Below, one piece after another: positions 1-8,723 of a DNA stretch of 32,000 bases. The notes under the pieces were generated by a model. It had not been told where the DNA came from and searched no databases. It worked only from the letters and a program-made list of their open reading frames with translations. The translations under genes and the position numbers were made by a program. The stretch covers positions 3,990,001 through 4,022,000 of the forward strand of contig NZ_CP080507.1 in NCBI RefSeq assembly GCF_019464535.1, written 5' to 3'. This DNA is from Horticoccus luteus (GTDB lineage Bacteria; Verrucomicrobiota; Verrucomicrobiia; Opitutales; Opitutaceae). How positions within the stretch are numbered: the first letter of the stretch is position 1; the number at the start of each line of letters is the position of its first letter.

Positions 1-935
1 AGTCCGATGCGCGCCGGATCGAGATCGATCTGCACCACCCGCGCCTGGCCCGGCTTCGGCAAAAACTCCATGTAGGGAAACGAGGTGCCGATCATCAGCA
101 GCGTGTCGCACTCCTCCATCGCTTCCTGCGACGGCCGCGTGCCCAGCAGGCCGATGCCGCCGGTCGTATAAGGCGAGTCGTCCGGCACACAGGCCTTGCC
201 GAGTAACGCCTTGATGATCGGCGCCCCCAGCGCTTCCGCGGCCGCGACGACTTCCTTCTCCGCTCGCAAAGCTCCCTGCCCTACGAGAATCGCGACCTTC
301 TTCCCGCGGTTCAACACGTCCGCGGCGTGTTGCACATCGCTCTCCGCCGGCAACGCCGCGCGCCGCGCAAACACTTCCGTCGTCGCGTGCCCCTTCAAGT
401 TGCGCTCCGACCGCGTGCCGCTGCTCACGGGCATCGATTGCGTATCCACGGGGAAATTAATGTGCGCCACACCCCGCCGGGCCAGCGCCGTGCGACACGC
501 GAGATTCGTCACTCCTGCCACGTGCGCCGGGCCCATGACCCGCACGTTGTAAACCGCTACGTCCATATACAGCTTGTCGAGGTCAACGTCCTGCTGCGCA
601 TGCGTGTCGATCAGATCATGAAAGTGATGTCCCGTGATCGCGAGCACCGGCTGACCATCGAGCTTCGCGTCGTAGAGCCCGTTGAGTAAGTGGATGCCGC
701 CCGGCCCCGACGTGCCGAGGCACACGCCGAGGCGCCCGGTGTATTTCGCATACGCACACGCCATGAACGCCGCCGCTTCCTCATGCCGCACCTGCACGAA
801 ACGCAGCGAATCCTCAACCTTCCGGAGCGCCTCCATGATGCCGTTGATTCCATCGCCCGGGATTCCGAAGATAACTTCGACTCCCCAGTTTTGGAGATTT
901 TGCACGAGAACATCAGCGGCGGTGGGTGAGGACAT
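1..935 (-). CDS. Thiamine-diphosphate-dependent enzyme, pyruvate oxidase / pyruvate dehydrogenase (quinone) PoxB-like; N-terminal ~311 aa, 3' end runs off the window
   Basis: Own translation of the minus strand from the ATG at 933-935 gives MSSPTAADVLVQNLQNWGVEVIFGIPGDGINGIMEAL...GTSGPGGIHLLNGLYDAKLDGQPVLAITG. This matches the canonical TPP-enzyme N-terminal and central domains. The frame stays open to position 1. It is missing from the ORF track because it has no stop inside the window. Confidence 0.8.
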   Translation of the reverse strand, partial: MSSPTAADVLVQNLQNWGVEVIFGIPGDGINGIMEALRKVEDSLRFVQVRHEEAAAFMACAYAKYTGRLGVCLGTSGPGGIHLLNGLYDAKLDGQPVLAITGHHFHDLIDTHAQQDVDLDKLYMDVAVYNVRVMGPAHVAGVTNLACRTALARRGVAHINFPVDTQSMPVSSGTRSERNLKGHATTEVFARRAALPAESDVQHAADVLNRGKKVAILVGQGALRAEKEVVAAAEALGAPIIKALLGKACVPDDSPYTTGGIGLLGTRPSQEAMEECDTLLMIGTSFPYMEFLPKPGQARVVQIDLDPARIG

Positions 936-1247
936 AGGGAGACTCGGTTCGAGGCTAAAGTTTTTGAGAACAGAACGGGGCACGACGCGTCCCGTCCTCT
1001 TCAGCGTAAAAGCCCGGCGTGCGGACACAACCGGCCGCCGCATGGCGCGCGTCCGAAATCACCATCGGCACAACCCGAAGCCTGCCCGTGGGAGAAACCC
1101 TCACCGCTCCGCCGCGCGGCTTAACCGCCACCTTGCGTCCGCAACCGCCGCGTGCATTCACGCGCACTTCGTCCGCGCTCTCCCCAACGCAAAACGGGCG
1201 CCACCTCGCCGGTGACGCCCGTCCTCTCTTTCCCCTCGCGCGCCCGT

Positions 1248-2072
1248 TCAGTTCAGCGCCACCGTAAACGCTTCCTGCACGAGTCCGTTTTCCGCGAGAA
1301 ACGCCTCTAGCGAATCATACGTCGCCGTTTGGAATCCCGCCGGATCCATGTCCTCGCGGCTGATCGCGCTCATGAACGTGCTGCCGAAGGATTGCAGTGG
1401 TCCGAGCCGCACCGGCGTCGGCCGGAAGTAAGTGCGGATATCCTGATATATCCGCGCCCGGTCATCCGTTTGATAAATTGCCGCCACGCAGATCTTCAGC
1501 GAATGCGTCACGCAGTTGTCGAACTTGTCCACCCACGGATTCGTCAGCAGATTATATTTCGGCGTGTGGAGCGCTGCATACGCCGGCGAACGAATCACCG
1601 CGAGAATCCGCCGCTGCAACGCCGGCGTCGGCACGCAGATCGCCACATCCGGCTCCATCATGCCCGCCACGAAGTCATACGTATAGTCCTGCTTCAAGTA
1701 ACTGCGATCATCGCGCCCGTCCGCGCCTTGGTAGAGATTATAGACCGTGTAGGTGTTGAACACGCTGCCATCCGGACGCCGCACGGGCTCGAAGACGATG
1801 AACGCCACATGCGTGTAGTTGATGCCCTTCGGCATTTCCGCGCGCGGCCGTCCGGCGCGGGCGATGATCGCCACGCTGACTTTGCGCGCATCGAGCTCGT
1901 CGTTGACCTTCAACGCGAAGTTTCGAATCGCCTCGTCGCCAAATTTCTCGACGCCGAATTTGCTGGCGGCGCTGCCCCCGGCCACGACCGGGTTGTGCCA
2001 CAACGCCAGGCCCGCCAGCAGAAGCGCCGGCCACCGCAGGGAGGTAAGGAAGGATTTCATGGTCGGGAGCAT
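1248..2072 (-). CDS. Secreted hypothetical protein (274 aa)
   Basis: Long ORF with an N-terminal signal peptide (MKSFLTSLRWPALLLAGLALWHNPVVAGG). Composition is non-repetitive and globular-like. It lies 12 bp downstream of the 2085-2558 gene on the same strand. I do not confidently recognise a family. Confidence 0.6.
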   Translation of the reverse strand: MLPTMKSFLTSLRWPALLLAGLALWHNPVVAGGSAASKFGVEKFGDEAIRNFALKVNDELDARKVSVAIIARAGRPRAEMPKGINYTHVAFIVFEPVRRPDGSVFNTYTVYNLYQGADGRDDRSYLKQDYTYDFVAGMMEPDVAICVPTPALQRRILAVIRSPAYAALHTPKYNLLTNPWVDKFDNCVTHSLKICVAAIYQTDDRARIYQDIRTYFRPTPVRLGPLQSFGSTFMSAISREDMDPAGFQTATYDSLEAFLAENGLVQEAFTVALN

Positions 2073-2084
2073 TCGAGCTGCAAC

Positions 2085-2558
2085 TTAGCGCGTGGCCTTC
2101 AACGCCTCCGCCGGCGACGGGTCCGCGGGCAGCGTCGTTTTCGCGGGTGTCACGGACGCCGATTCCGTTGCCTTCACCGGCGGCACCGCCGCTTCGCGAT
2201 CGAGTGGCGGCCGCGCGGTGTCGTCGCTCGTGGCGAAGTCCCACATTTTCGCCGCGCCCTCCGCCGCCGCCTCGCCGCCCTGGGCACTCGCGTCGCCCAC
2301 CGCCGCGAGCACTTTGCCCCCGCTCTGCACGACCGCCCCGCTCATCCACACGGGCACCGCCGCCACGCCCGAAGCGAGTTTCACCGCGCCCTTGGCCGAC
2401 TCGGCCGTCGCCCCGACCAGCTCTTTCGAAGCCGTGCCGGAAGCCACCGCGGCGTTGGATACATGGTTCACCGCAGCGCACGACTGGGCGGATAAAGCGA
2501 CGGTGCCGAAGAGGGCCGCCATCGCGAAGACAGGAATCAATTTGAGGTTGTTTTTCAT
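2085..2558 (-). CDS. Small Ala/Gly-rich secreted hypothetical protein (157 aa)
   Basis: Signal peptide MKNNLKLIPVFAMAALFGTVALSAQS. Probably co-transcribed with 1248-2072 and divergent from the LysR gene. Confidence 0.5.
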   Translation of the reverse strand: MKNNLKLIPVFAMAALFGTVALSAQSCAAVNHVSNAAVASGTASKELVGATAESAKGAVKLASGVAAVPVWMSGAVVQSGGKVLAAVGDASAQGGEAAAEGAAKMWDFATSDDTARPPLDREAAVPPVKATESASVTPAKTTLPADPSPAEALKATR

Positions 2559-2597
2559 AACGCCCCCAGCGTAACCGAACCGCGCGCGCGCCCGTTA

Positions 2598-2636
2598 ATT
2601 GATAAACTCAATGCTGCGTCTCTCGAAAAATTGATA
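2598..2636. promoter_or_regulatory. AT-rich direct repeat ATTGATA-N25-ATTGATA in the LysR divergent intergenic region (candidate operator/promoter)
   Basis: ATTGATA occurs at 2598-2604 and 2630-2636, starts 32 bp apart. Both copies sit in the only AT-rich patch between the divergent genes ending at 2558 and starting at 2768. Confidence 0.3.
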
Positions 2637-2767
2637 CCGCCCGTTGGCGCTCGGGGACCCGCACGCGCCAGCTCAACCCGCGGACGCGAGGGCCCGTCCG
2701 CGCGCTCGCTCCGCGCAGGCGCGAAGACCGTTGTCAGCCGGGGCACGGCTCACCTTCATGAACGCGG

Positions 2768-3646
2768 ATGAACCTCCATCACTTGGAATTGTTCTATTAT
2801 GTCGCGCGGCACGGTGGCATCAGCCGCGCCGTGCGCCATATCCCCTACGGCATCCAGCAACCTGCCGTAAGCACGCAGATCCTCGCGCTCGAACAGGACC
2901 TCGGCACGAAGCTCTTCGACCGCCAGCCGTTTCGCCTCACCGCCGCCGGCCAGGAGTTGTATCAATTCGCCGAACCCTTCTTTTCCAAGGCCGACGAAAT
3001 CAGCGCCCGTTTGCGCAGTCAGCAAGCTCCTCGCCTGCGCATCGCCGCCGCCGAGCTCGTGCTGCGCGATCATTTGCCGCCCGTCATTGCCGCGCTGAAG
3101 GAAAAGCATCCCGCACTCCGCTTCGCGTTGCGCACCGGTTTCCAAGCCGAGATGGAAGCATGGCTGCACGACGGCGAAATCGACCTCGCGATCACGCCGC
3201 TCGATACGCGCCCCCAGCCCGGCCTCAAATGCCTGCCGATCGTGCAACTCCCGCTCGTCCTCATCGTGCCGCGGAGCTCGCCGCTCAAATCCGCCGCGCA
3301 ACTGTGGGCGCAGGAGCGCATCGCCGATCCGCTCATCAGTCTGCCCGCCGCCGAAAGCATCACGCGCGCCTTTCAAAAAGGGTTGAAGGAAATGAAAGTC
3401 GCGTGGCCCACGTCGCTCGAAGCGCCCTCGCCCCTCATTCCGCAATACGTCGCCAACGGTTACGGTCTCGGCGTGACGGTGAATCTCCCCGGCCTCGTGC
3501 AACACCCGCAAGTCCGCGTGCTGCCGCTGCCCGGATTCGCGCCCGTCGAAATCGCCGCGCTCTGGCGCCCGCCGACCACGCCGCTCGTCGACGACCTCCG
3601 CGCCATCATCGCCGCCCGCGCGGAACACCTCTGGCCCGCCGCCTAG
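2768..3646 (+). CDS. LysR-family transcriptional regulator
   Basis: N-terminal wHTH MNLHHLELFYYVARHGGISRAVRHIPYGIQQPAVSTQILALEQDLGTKLFDR followed by a substrate-binding domain. Length is 292 aa. Confidence 0.9.
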   Translation: MNLHHLELFYYVARHGGISRAVRHIPYGIQQPAVSTQILALEQDLGTKLFDRQPFRLTAAGQELYQFAEPFFSKADEISARLRSQQAPRLRIAAAELVLRDHLPPVIAALKEKHPALRFALRTGFQAEMEAWLHDGEIDLAITPLDTRPQPGLKCLPIVQLPLVLIVPRSSPLKSAAQLWAQERIADPLISLPAAESITRAFQKGLKEMKVAWPTSLEAPSPLIPQYVANGYGLGVTVNLPGLVQHPQVRVLPLPGFAPVEIAALWRPPTTPLVDDLRAIIAARAEHLWPAA

Positions 3647-3774
3647 TCGCGACCGCGCGCTTCCGTTCCGCTGCACGAGCGGGCAGTGCCCCGCGCCGCT
3701 CCGGATCTCGCTTTCGCCCGCGCGCAACACGTTCCGCGCTGGCGTCGCGCGCCGCTCCGCGTTGCACTGCCCCG

Positions 3775-4014
3775 ATGAATCTTCCCGTCGGCGAACAGGA
3801 TTTCCTCCGCGCGCTCGTCAAAACCTCCCGTCAACGCCCGCATCACGTTCGCTGGCAGGACCGCGATGGCAGCGAACGCGTCACCACGCTCTCGCCCGCC
3901 GACGCCGCCCGCCTCAACGCCGCCGCGCACACTCTGCACCTGAGCAAGGAGGCCCTCCTTCGCGCGGCCGCGCACCTGCCCGCCGCGCCTCGCCCCTCCG
4001 TCCCGCCATCGTAA
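3775..4014 (+). CDS. Possible small hypothetical protein (79 aa)
   Basis: Internal ATG of the spurious 2644-4014 ORF, in a 440-bp gap between the LysR and SDR genes. The sequence (MNLPVGEQDFLRALVKTSRQRPHHVRWQDRDGSERV...) is non-repetitive. There is no family support. Confidence 0.25.
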   Translation: MNLPVGEQDFLRALVKTSRQRPHHVRWQDRDGSERVTTLSPADAARLNAAAHTLHLSKEALLRAAAHLPAAPRPSVPPS

Positions 4015-4087
4015 ACAACCGGCCGCGGCGCGGCGGCAAAGGCCTCGACCGCGGAACGAACCTCCTCTTCTCGCGGTCGCGTGCGGG

Positions 4088-4975
4088 ATGAAGGCTCAAG
4101 ACCCGCGCGTCACGGATACGCATCCCACCCCGGCCCGCTCATCAACGTCCCTCCCCGCCGCGGCGAAGTCCGAGTCCGACCGCGACCTCAAGACGTCCAT
4201 TTCTCTCAGTGGGAGGCGCGCGCTCGTGACCGGCGGCAGCTCCGGCATCGGCGCCGCCATCGCCGCCGCGCTCGGTGCCGCCGGCGCCAAAGTGGCCGTT
4301 AATTACCACAGTCATCCCGAACAGGCCGACACCGTGGTCCAAACCATCCAGTCCGCCGGCAGCGAAGCCTTTGCCGTCCAAGCCAATGTCGCCAACCCCG
4401 CCGACGTCGCGGCGATGTTTCAAAAAGTCGACGCCACCTGGGGCGGCCTCGACATCCTCATCAACAACTCGGGCATCGATGGCCACCGCATGATGAGCTG
4501 GGAGGCGGACCTCGAGGCGTGGCGCGCCGTGCTCGAAGTGAATCTCTTCGGCGCATTTTACTGCGCACGCGAGGCGTTGCAGCGCATGGTCCCGCAGAAA
4601 CGCGGCGTCATCTTGAGCACCTCGTCCGTGCACGAGGAAATCGCGTGGTCCGGCTACAGCGCCTACGCCGCGAGCAAAGCCGGGTTGTCCATGCTCACGA
4701 AAACGCTCGCTCAGGAAGCCGCGCCACACGGCGTGCGCGTGCTCGCCGTCGGACCGGGGGCCATCAAGACCCCCATCAATCAAGCCGTGTGGAACGACCC
4801 GGAAGGCTTCAAGGATCTGCTCGACAAGATCCCGCTTCGCCGCGTCGGCGAACCCGAAGAGGTCGCGCGTATGGTCGTGGTGCTCGTGTCGGACGTCGCG
4901 TCCTACATCACGGGCCGCACCCTTTTCATTGATGGCGGCATGACGGATTACCCCGGCTTTGCGCACGGCGGCTAA
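4088..4975 (+). CDS. Short-chain dehydrogenase/reductase (SDR), glucose-1-dehydrogenase-like
   Basis: Rossmann motif VTGGSSGIGAAIA, NNSG, catalytic S...YxxSK (YAASK), and a PG motif. The ~40-aa N-terminal extension has no alternative in-frame start. Confidence 0.9.
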   Translation: MKAQDPRVTDTHPTPARSSTSLPAAAKSESDRDLKTSISLSGRRALVTGGSSGIGAAIAAALGAAGAKVAVNYHSHPEQADTVVQTIQSAGSEAFAVQANVANPADVAAMFQKVDATWGGLDILINNSGIDGHRMMSWEADLEAWRAVLEVNLFGAFYCAREALQRMVPQKRGVILSTSSVHEEIAWSGYSAYAASKAGLSMLTKTLAQEAAPHGVRVLAVGPGAIKTPINQAVWNDPEGFKDLLDKIPLRRVGEPEEVARMVVVLVSDVASYITGRTLFIDGGMTDYPGFAHGG

Positions 4976-5186
4976 GCGCCTGCCGCAACAACGGTTCCGC
5001 TCGTGATGGTAAAGCTGCGCCAAAGATGAAATTGAAAGGAGAGACAGCGCAGCCACCCGCATGCGGAAGGCTACGCGTCCGACGAACGAAGGAACGCGGT
5101 GCAGAAAACGTAGTGACGAGGAGGGTGCGGGAAAAATCGGCTTGCGCGGAGAGAGAGCGACCGTAGCGTTCGCCGTTCCGCGGTTA

Positions 5187-5263
5187 GTCCCCATCGTCTA
5201 GCCCGGTTAGGACACCACCCTTTCACGGTGAGAACCGGGGTTCGAATCCCCGTGGGGACGCCA
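5187..5263 (+). tRNA. tRNA-Glu (anticodon UUC), CCA encoded
   Basis: Acceptor stem GTCCCCA/TGGGGAC, T-arm CGGGGTTCGAATCCCCG, anticodon loop CTTTCAC (UUC). Near-identical in layout to classical bacterial tRNA-Glu. Confidence 0.9.
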
Positions 5264-5270
5264 ATCTTCA

Positions 5271-5310
5271 AAAGCCCGTAGCTCTCGCGAGTTACGGGCT
5301 TTTGAATTTT
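5271..5310 (+). terminator. Rho-independent terminator after tRNA-Glu
   Basis: AAAGCCCGTAGCTCG/CGAGTTACGGGCTTT forms a near-perfect long stem and is followed by TTTGAATTTT. Confidence 0.75.
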
Positions 5311-5537
5311 CGGCGACCGTGAAGTAAGAATGCCAGTAAGAATAGATACGTCAAGGCGCGGCGACGTTTGGGGATGACGCCGAGGCTTCTGAACACTCGG
5401 GAACTTGGGTTTGGCAATGCCCTCCCGGTCGGTGGCGAGCACCCATGGAAGCGATGTCTGGTTGGTGTCCTAGGCGGTCGACTACGGGCCTGATATTGTG
5501 GATGTGCATCGACACAATCCACCCAATCGAAAGCACC

Positions 5538-5732
5538 ATGAAAAACTCAGCATCCCAATCAGTCCGTTCAACCCCGATGAACCAGAGCGACGCTGCCCGC
5601 ATCCAATCGGCTACTGCCCGAGTGAATCAGGGCACGGTCTCTAGCGGAAGTTTTGCCGCACGTGCGCAGTCGGCGGCGGCCAAGGCCGCTCCGGCACGGG
5701 GAACTGGTGGCGCGACGCCATCGAGTCGCTAG
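5538..5732 (+). CDS. Small hypothetical protein (64 aa), possibly SMP/LEA-D34-like repeat protein
   Basis: Internal ATG at 5538. Two related motifs are present, DAARIQSATARVN and FAARAQSAAAKA. The assignment is from memory of similar small stress proteins and is not verified. Confidence 0.35.
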   Translation: MKNSASQSVRSTPMNQSDAARIQSATARVNQGTVSSGSFAARAQSAAAKAAPARGTGGATPSSR

Positions 5733-5781
5733 TCTAATCCTCGGCGTTGGTCGCAACGGCCGGGCCAACGCCACTCTCCCC

Positions 5782-6825
5782 ATGCACATCCCCCGTCGAG
5801 GCGAAATCGCCGCCTACGTCGCTAAGCAGTTCGATGTCCCGTTCGGGGCCGAGCAACGGCAGATTGGCCGGCTCAAGGAAGGCGCGGCGAAATCGGATAC
5901 GGCGAACGATCTGGCCAAGCTCCTTGTTAAACGAATCAACCGGCTGATTCTGCCCGATGACGAGTCGTCGCCGGGTAACGAGGTCGAGCGAAAGCTTTCT
6001 AGCCTGCCATACCGGCTGTTTGGCAATGATGCGTCCGATGGAGCGCCCCTTGAATTCCTAGTGCGGGATGCGGCCAAGTTTTTCGCGCACCACGCCGAGT
6101 TGTCCGCACGGACCCAAGAAATCGAAAAAGGACGATTCACGGGACCGTCCCTCGAACTGGAGATTTACCTCTACCTTTTCGCTGTCCCTGTTCTGGCCAA
6201 CAATCTGGTCAAATACTCGGAGCGCGGAAAACTGCTCATGTTAGCGGAGGTGTCCCCGACAAACGGTTACTGGTTTTTGCCTTCCGTGGAGAGTGGTGAC
6301 GGGAGTGGCATCACGCCTCTCTCCAATGCTCTGACTTGGCTGCGCTGGCGGTTAGGCGGACGACAGGATTCATTGCAGGCATTTTTGTGTCCGAAGGCGG
6401 ACTCAGATAGCGCATGTAAAGAAATTGAACGATGGCGTGACGGAGACGTGATCCCAAGCGCGGCCAGGATCGAAGAATGGGCTAACCGCTTCGAGGGTGA
6501 CCGCCGACATTTTCGAACCATCTTCCATCTTGGCGCAGGTATGACGCGCATCTGGCGACACATAGTTAACACTCTCGGGCCTGACCGGGCCGTTGCGCTC
6601 AATCGCCACCTCCTGGCGCTCATACGAGCGCTGCAAGAAGCGCATCGTCAGGCGGCCGGCCCTCGGCCGAATTTTGAAGGCCAGCCTGCGGAAGTAATGA
6701 GGTGTCTGGGATGGCTGTATTCCGGCCCACAAGCGGGCGTCATCTCACTCGGACCAAACTACGGTGCTCTGACCGCGGAGATACATACCGCTTTCATCGC
6801 TGGAGAATCCCCGTTAACCCGTTAG
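5782..6825 (+). CDS. Orphan hypothetical protein (347 aa)
   Basis: Long ORF using the ATG at 5782 (MHIPRRGEIAAYVAKQFDVPFG...). The Arg-rich extension back to 5653 looks non-coding. Composition is balanced and non-repetitive. GC is lower than the flanks by eye. I recognise no motif. Confidence 0.55.
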   Translation: MHIPRRGEIAAYVAKQFDVPFGAEQRQIGRLKEGAAKSDTANDLAKLLVKRINRLILPDDESSPGNEVERKLSSLPYRLFGNDASDGAPLEFLVRDAAKFFAHHAELSARTQEIEKGRFTGPSLELEIYLYLFAVPVLANNLVKYSERGKLLMLAEVSPTNGYWFLPSVESGDGSGITPLSNALTWLRWRLGGRQDSLQAFLCPKADSDSACKEIERWRDGDVIPSAARIEEWANRFEGDRRHFRTIFHLGAGMTRIWRHIVNTLGPDRAVALNRHLLALIRALQEAHRQAAGPRPNFEGQPAEVMRCLGWLYSGPQAGVISLGPNYGALTAEIHTAFIAGESPLTR

Positions 6826-6840
6826 TCGGGCGAAAAATTA

Positions 6841-6875
6841 CCGCCCCGAGGTTGCCCCCGGGGCGGCTGGCCCGT
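6841..6875 (-). terminator. Rho-independent terminator for the RadC-like gene (may act bidirectionally)
   Basis: Stem CCGCCCCG (6850-6857) / CGGGGCGG (6868-6875). On the minus strand it is followed by TAATTTTTC. It lies between convergent genes. Confidence 0.5.
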
Positions 6876-6958
6876 GTGGCAAAACCGTTGGCCGAAATGA
6901 GTCGGAGTCAACGCACGATCCGCCCGCGCGGTATCGTGGATGTCGCGGCAAAAGGGCA

Positions 6959-7411
6959 TCACAAGATGCCTGCCGCACGGAAGGAATAGTGACCGATACC
7001 GTGCGGATCGGCCTTCGCGTCGCCGACGATGACGTGGTCCATGAGTTCGATATCGATCACCTTGGCGGCTTCACGGAGGACTCGGGTCATTTGGACGTCG
7101 GCCGCGCTGGGTGCCGGGTCGCCTGAGGGATGGTTGTGGGCGACCACGAGGGCCGTGGCGCTGGCGAGGATGGCACCGCGGAATACCTCGCGGGGTGCGA
7201 CCAGTGTGGATGTTGCCGTGCCCAAGGTGACGAGATGCCGGCCGAAGGGGTGATTCTTGCGGTCGAGATAGACGCAGTAGAACGCCTCCTGCATCGGGTT
7301 CTCCTCGAAAGCAGAACGGAGGTAGTCGGCAACTTTCTCCGGTCGGTCGAGACGGATATCTTCGCCGAGGGAAATGAGGGAATAAACGATCTTGGCTTCG
7401 TAAACGCGCAT
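6959..7411 (-). CDS. RadC-like JAB/MPN-domain protein (150 aa)
   Basis: Motif VVAHNHPSGDPAPSAADVQMT (H-x-H-x7-S-x2-D) plus the typical RadC C-terminal domain layout. The start is taken at MRVYEAK (ATG 7409-7411), not the Arg-rich upstream extension to 7558. Confidence 0.85.
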   Translation of the reverse strand: MRVYEAKIVYSLISLGEDIRLDRPEKVADYLRSAFEENPMQEAFYCVYLDRKNHPFGRHLVTLGTATSTLVAPREVFRGAILASATALVVAHNHPSGDPAPSAADVQMTRVLREAAKVIDIELMDHVIVGDAKADPHGIGHYSFRAAGIL

Positions 7412-7725
7412 GGTGAGCGCTCGCGCGAGCCGCGTTTCCCTTTCTCGACATAGTGTCGAGTGATCGCGGGTGCTGCCCGGTTGAGCGCCCGCTCGGGATG
7501 GGCGAAAGTCAAAGCGTTGGGTGAAGCGCCGAGGCCGTGTCCCGCGCAGCGGGACCAATCGAGGGGGAAGCGGAACGTTTGCGCGGGGTGGAGCCGCGCA
7601 GCGGACTACCTTGACCGCCCATAAAATGGGGCGCTACCGGACGGGGCAGTGCTGGAAGAATTCGAGCGCAGCGAGCATCCGCTCGGTTGGGCCAGATGCT
7701 TTTCAGGCAGGCTCCGACGAGCTGT

Positions 7726-8286
7726 TCAAACAGCCCCGAGCAATTGCCGGAGCCGCTGGCGCGCATGCGCCACGCGCATCTCGACCGTCTTTGGCGTGGT
7801 GCCGAGAATCTGAGCGGCCTCGTGCTGGGATTTACCTTCGAGGCAGAACAAGACCAAGGCAGCCCTGAGGTTGTGGGGCAGTTTCTCAATGGCGGCTTGC
7901 AAGCGTGAAAAGCGATCCCTCTGCCCTGTTTGTTGATCGGGAGTCGGCCCCGCGTCTTCCACTTCCAACGGGGGCTGGTCGGCAGGGCCCGGCGCGTCAA
8001 GCGAGACCAACCGTTGCCGCTTGGACAGCTTGCGCCCTTCGTCCCGTGCGAGATTTAGAGCGATCGCATAGATCCAGGTTTTGACCGAGGCGCGCGGCGC
8101 AAAGGTCTTGGCCTTGAAAAAGACCCGCACAAAAGTCTCCTGCACCACATCGCGTGCGGCAGCTTCGTCCCGGAGGTAGCGAAAGACGAAATAGAACAGC
8201 GGTTCCCGGTGGCGATCGATCAGCTCATTCAGCGCCGGTTCATTGCCCGCCTGGAGTGCCTCGATTAGCGGCAGGTCGGGGTCCAC
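7726..8286 (-). CDS. ECF (sigma-70 family, RpoE-like) sigma factor
   Basis: Region 2 (LIDRHREPLFYFVFRYLRDEAAARDVVQETFVRVF...WIYAIALNLARD) and region 4 (LPHNLRAALVLFCLEGKSQHEAAQILGTTPKTVEMRVAHARQRL). Confidence 0.9.
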   Translation of the reverse strand: MDPDLPLIEALQAGNEPALNELIDRHREPLFYFVFRYLRDEAAARDVVQETFVRVFFKAKTFAPRASVKTWIYAIALNLARDEGRKLSKRQRLVSLDAPGPADQPPLEVEDAGPTPDQQTGQRDRFSRLQAAIEKLPHNLRAALVLFCLEGKSQHEAAQILGTTPKTVEMRVAHARQRLRQLLGAV

Positions 8287-8291
8287 GGCGA

Positions 8292-8723
8292 TCAGGGCGA
8301 ATGCTCCAGCGCTTGTTGGGCAAGGTTCAGCAGTTTGTCACCCTGCTCCGGGGTTAGCACGGCTCGCATGGCGAAAACGTGCTCAATGGAAACTTTCTGT
8401 AGATCGCCCATGCAATGATGCACGTGCTCGACGGCGGCGGTCACTCGCGGTGTGTAGGCCTTGTCCTCCGCCATCGCCCGGGCGAGCTGCCTGTTGGCAT
8501 CGCGCAAAGCGTCGGCCAGCCGGCGCTGTTTTTCGCCGAAGCTCTGCTCAATCGGCGCCAGCGCTTGGTGCTGAGCGTCGGTGAGCTTCAATTCACGGTG
8601 AAGCCACTCGTGGGAAGCGATGTCATCCGCCGTTGCCCGGGGCTGTGCCACACGAAGCGTGAGATAACATGCAATCGCTGCGACGGCAGCAATGGCCGCG
8701 AGAAACAGCGCCATCTTCTTCAT
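8292..8723 (-). CDS. Membrane-anchored periplasmic heavy-metal sensor (CnrX / Spy-CpxP-like helical protein)
   Basis: N-terminal TM anchor MKKMALFLAAIAAVAAIACYL, then a helical domain with an LTDAQ/LTPEQ repeat signature (LKLTDAQHQAL ... AVLTPEQGDKL) and His residues (HVHH). It sits between the membrane protein and the ECF sigma. Confidence 0.7.
   Translation of the reverse strand: MKKMALFLAAIAAVAAIACYLTLRVAQPRATADDIASHEWLHRELKLTDAQHQALAPIEQSFGEKQRRLADALRDANRQLARAMAEDKAYTPRVTAAVEHVHHCMGDLQKVSIEHVFAMRAVLTPEQGDKLLNLAQQALEHSP

Noticed and set aside
1329-2495. 388-aa plus-strand ORF across the two secreted-protein genes
   Set aside because: It is an Arg/His-rich artefact. The minus-strand ORFs have signal peptides and sensible composition.
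2644-4014. 456-aa ORF spanning the LysR gene region
   Set aside because: The product is extremely Arg/Ala/Pro-rich and overlaps the well-supported LysR CDS in another frame. This is a typical GC-rich off-frame artefact. Only its last 79 codons (3775-4014) were kept, as a low-confidence small ORF.
4142-5194. 350-aa minus-strand ORF antisense to the SDR gene and running into the tRNA
   Set aside because: It overlaps a clear SDR CDS and the start of the tRNA-Glu gene. Composition is low-complexity.
5653-5781. N-terminal extension of the orphan gene (track ORF starts at 5653)
   Set aside because: The extension is Arg-rich (MPHVRSRRRPRPLRHG...) and overlaps the end of the upstream small ORF. The ATG at 5782 is more plausible.
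7412-7558. N-terminal extension of the RadC-like ORF
   Set aside because: It is Arg-rich and low-complexity, and it would bury the palindrome at 7444-7460 inside coding sequence. MRVYEAK is a typical start for stand-alone RadC JAB proteins.
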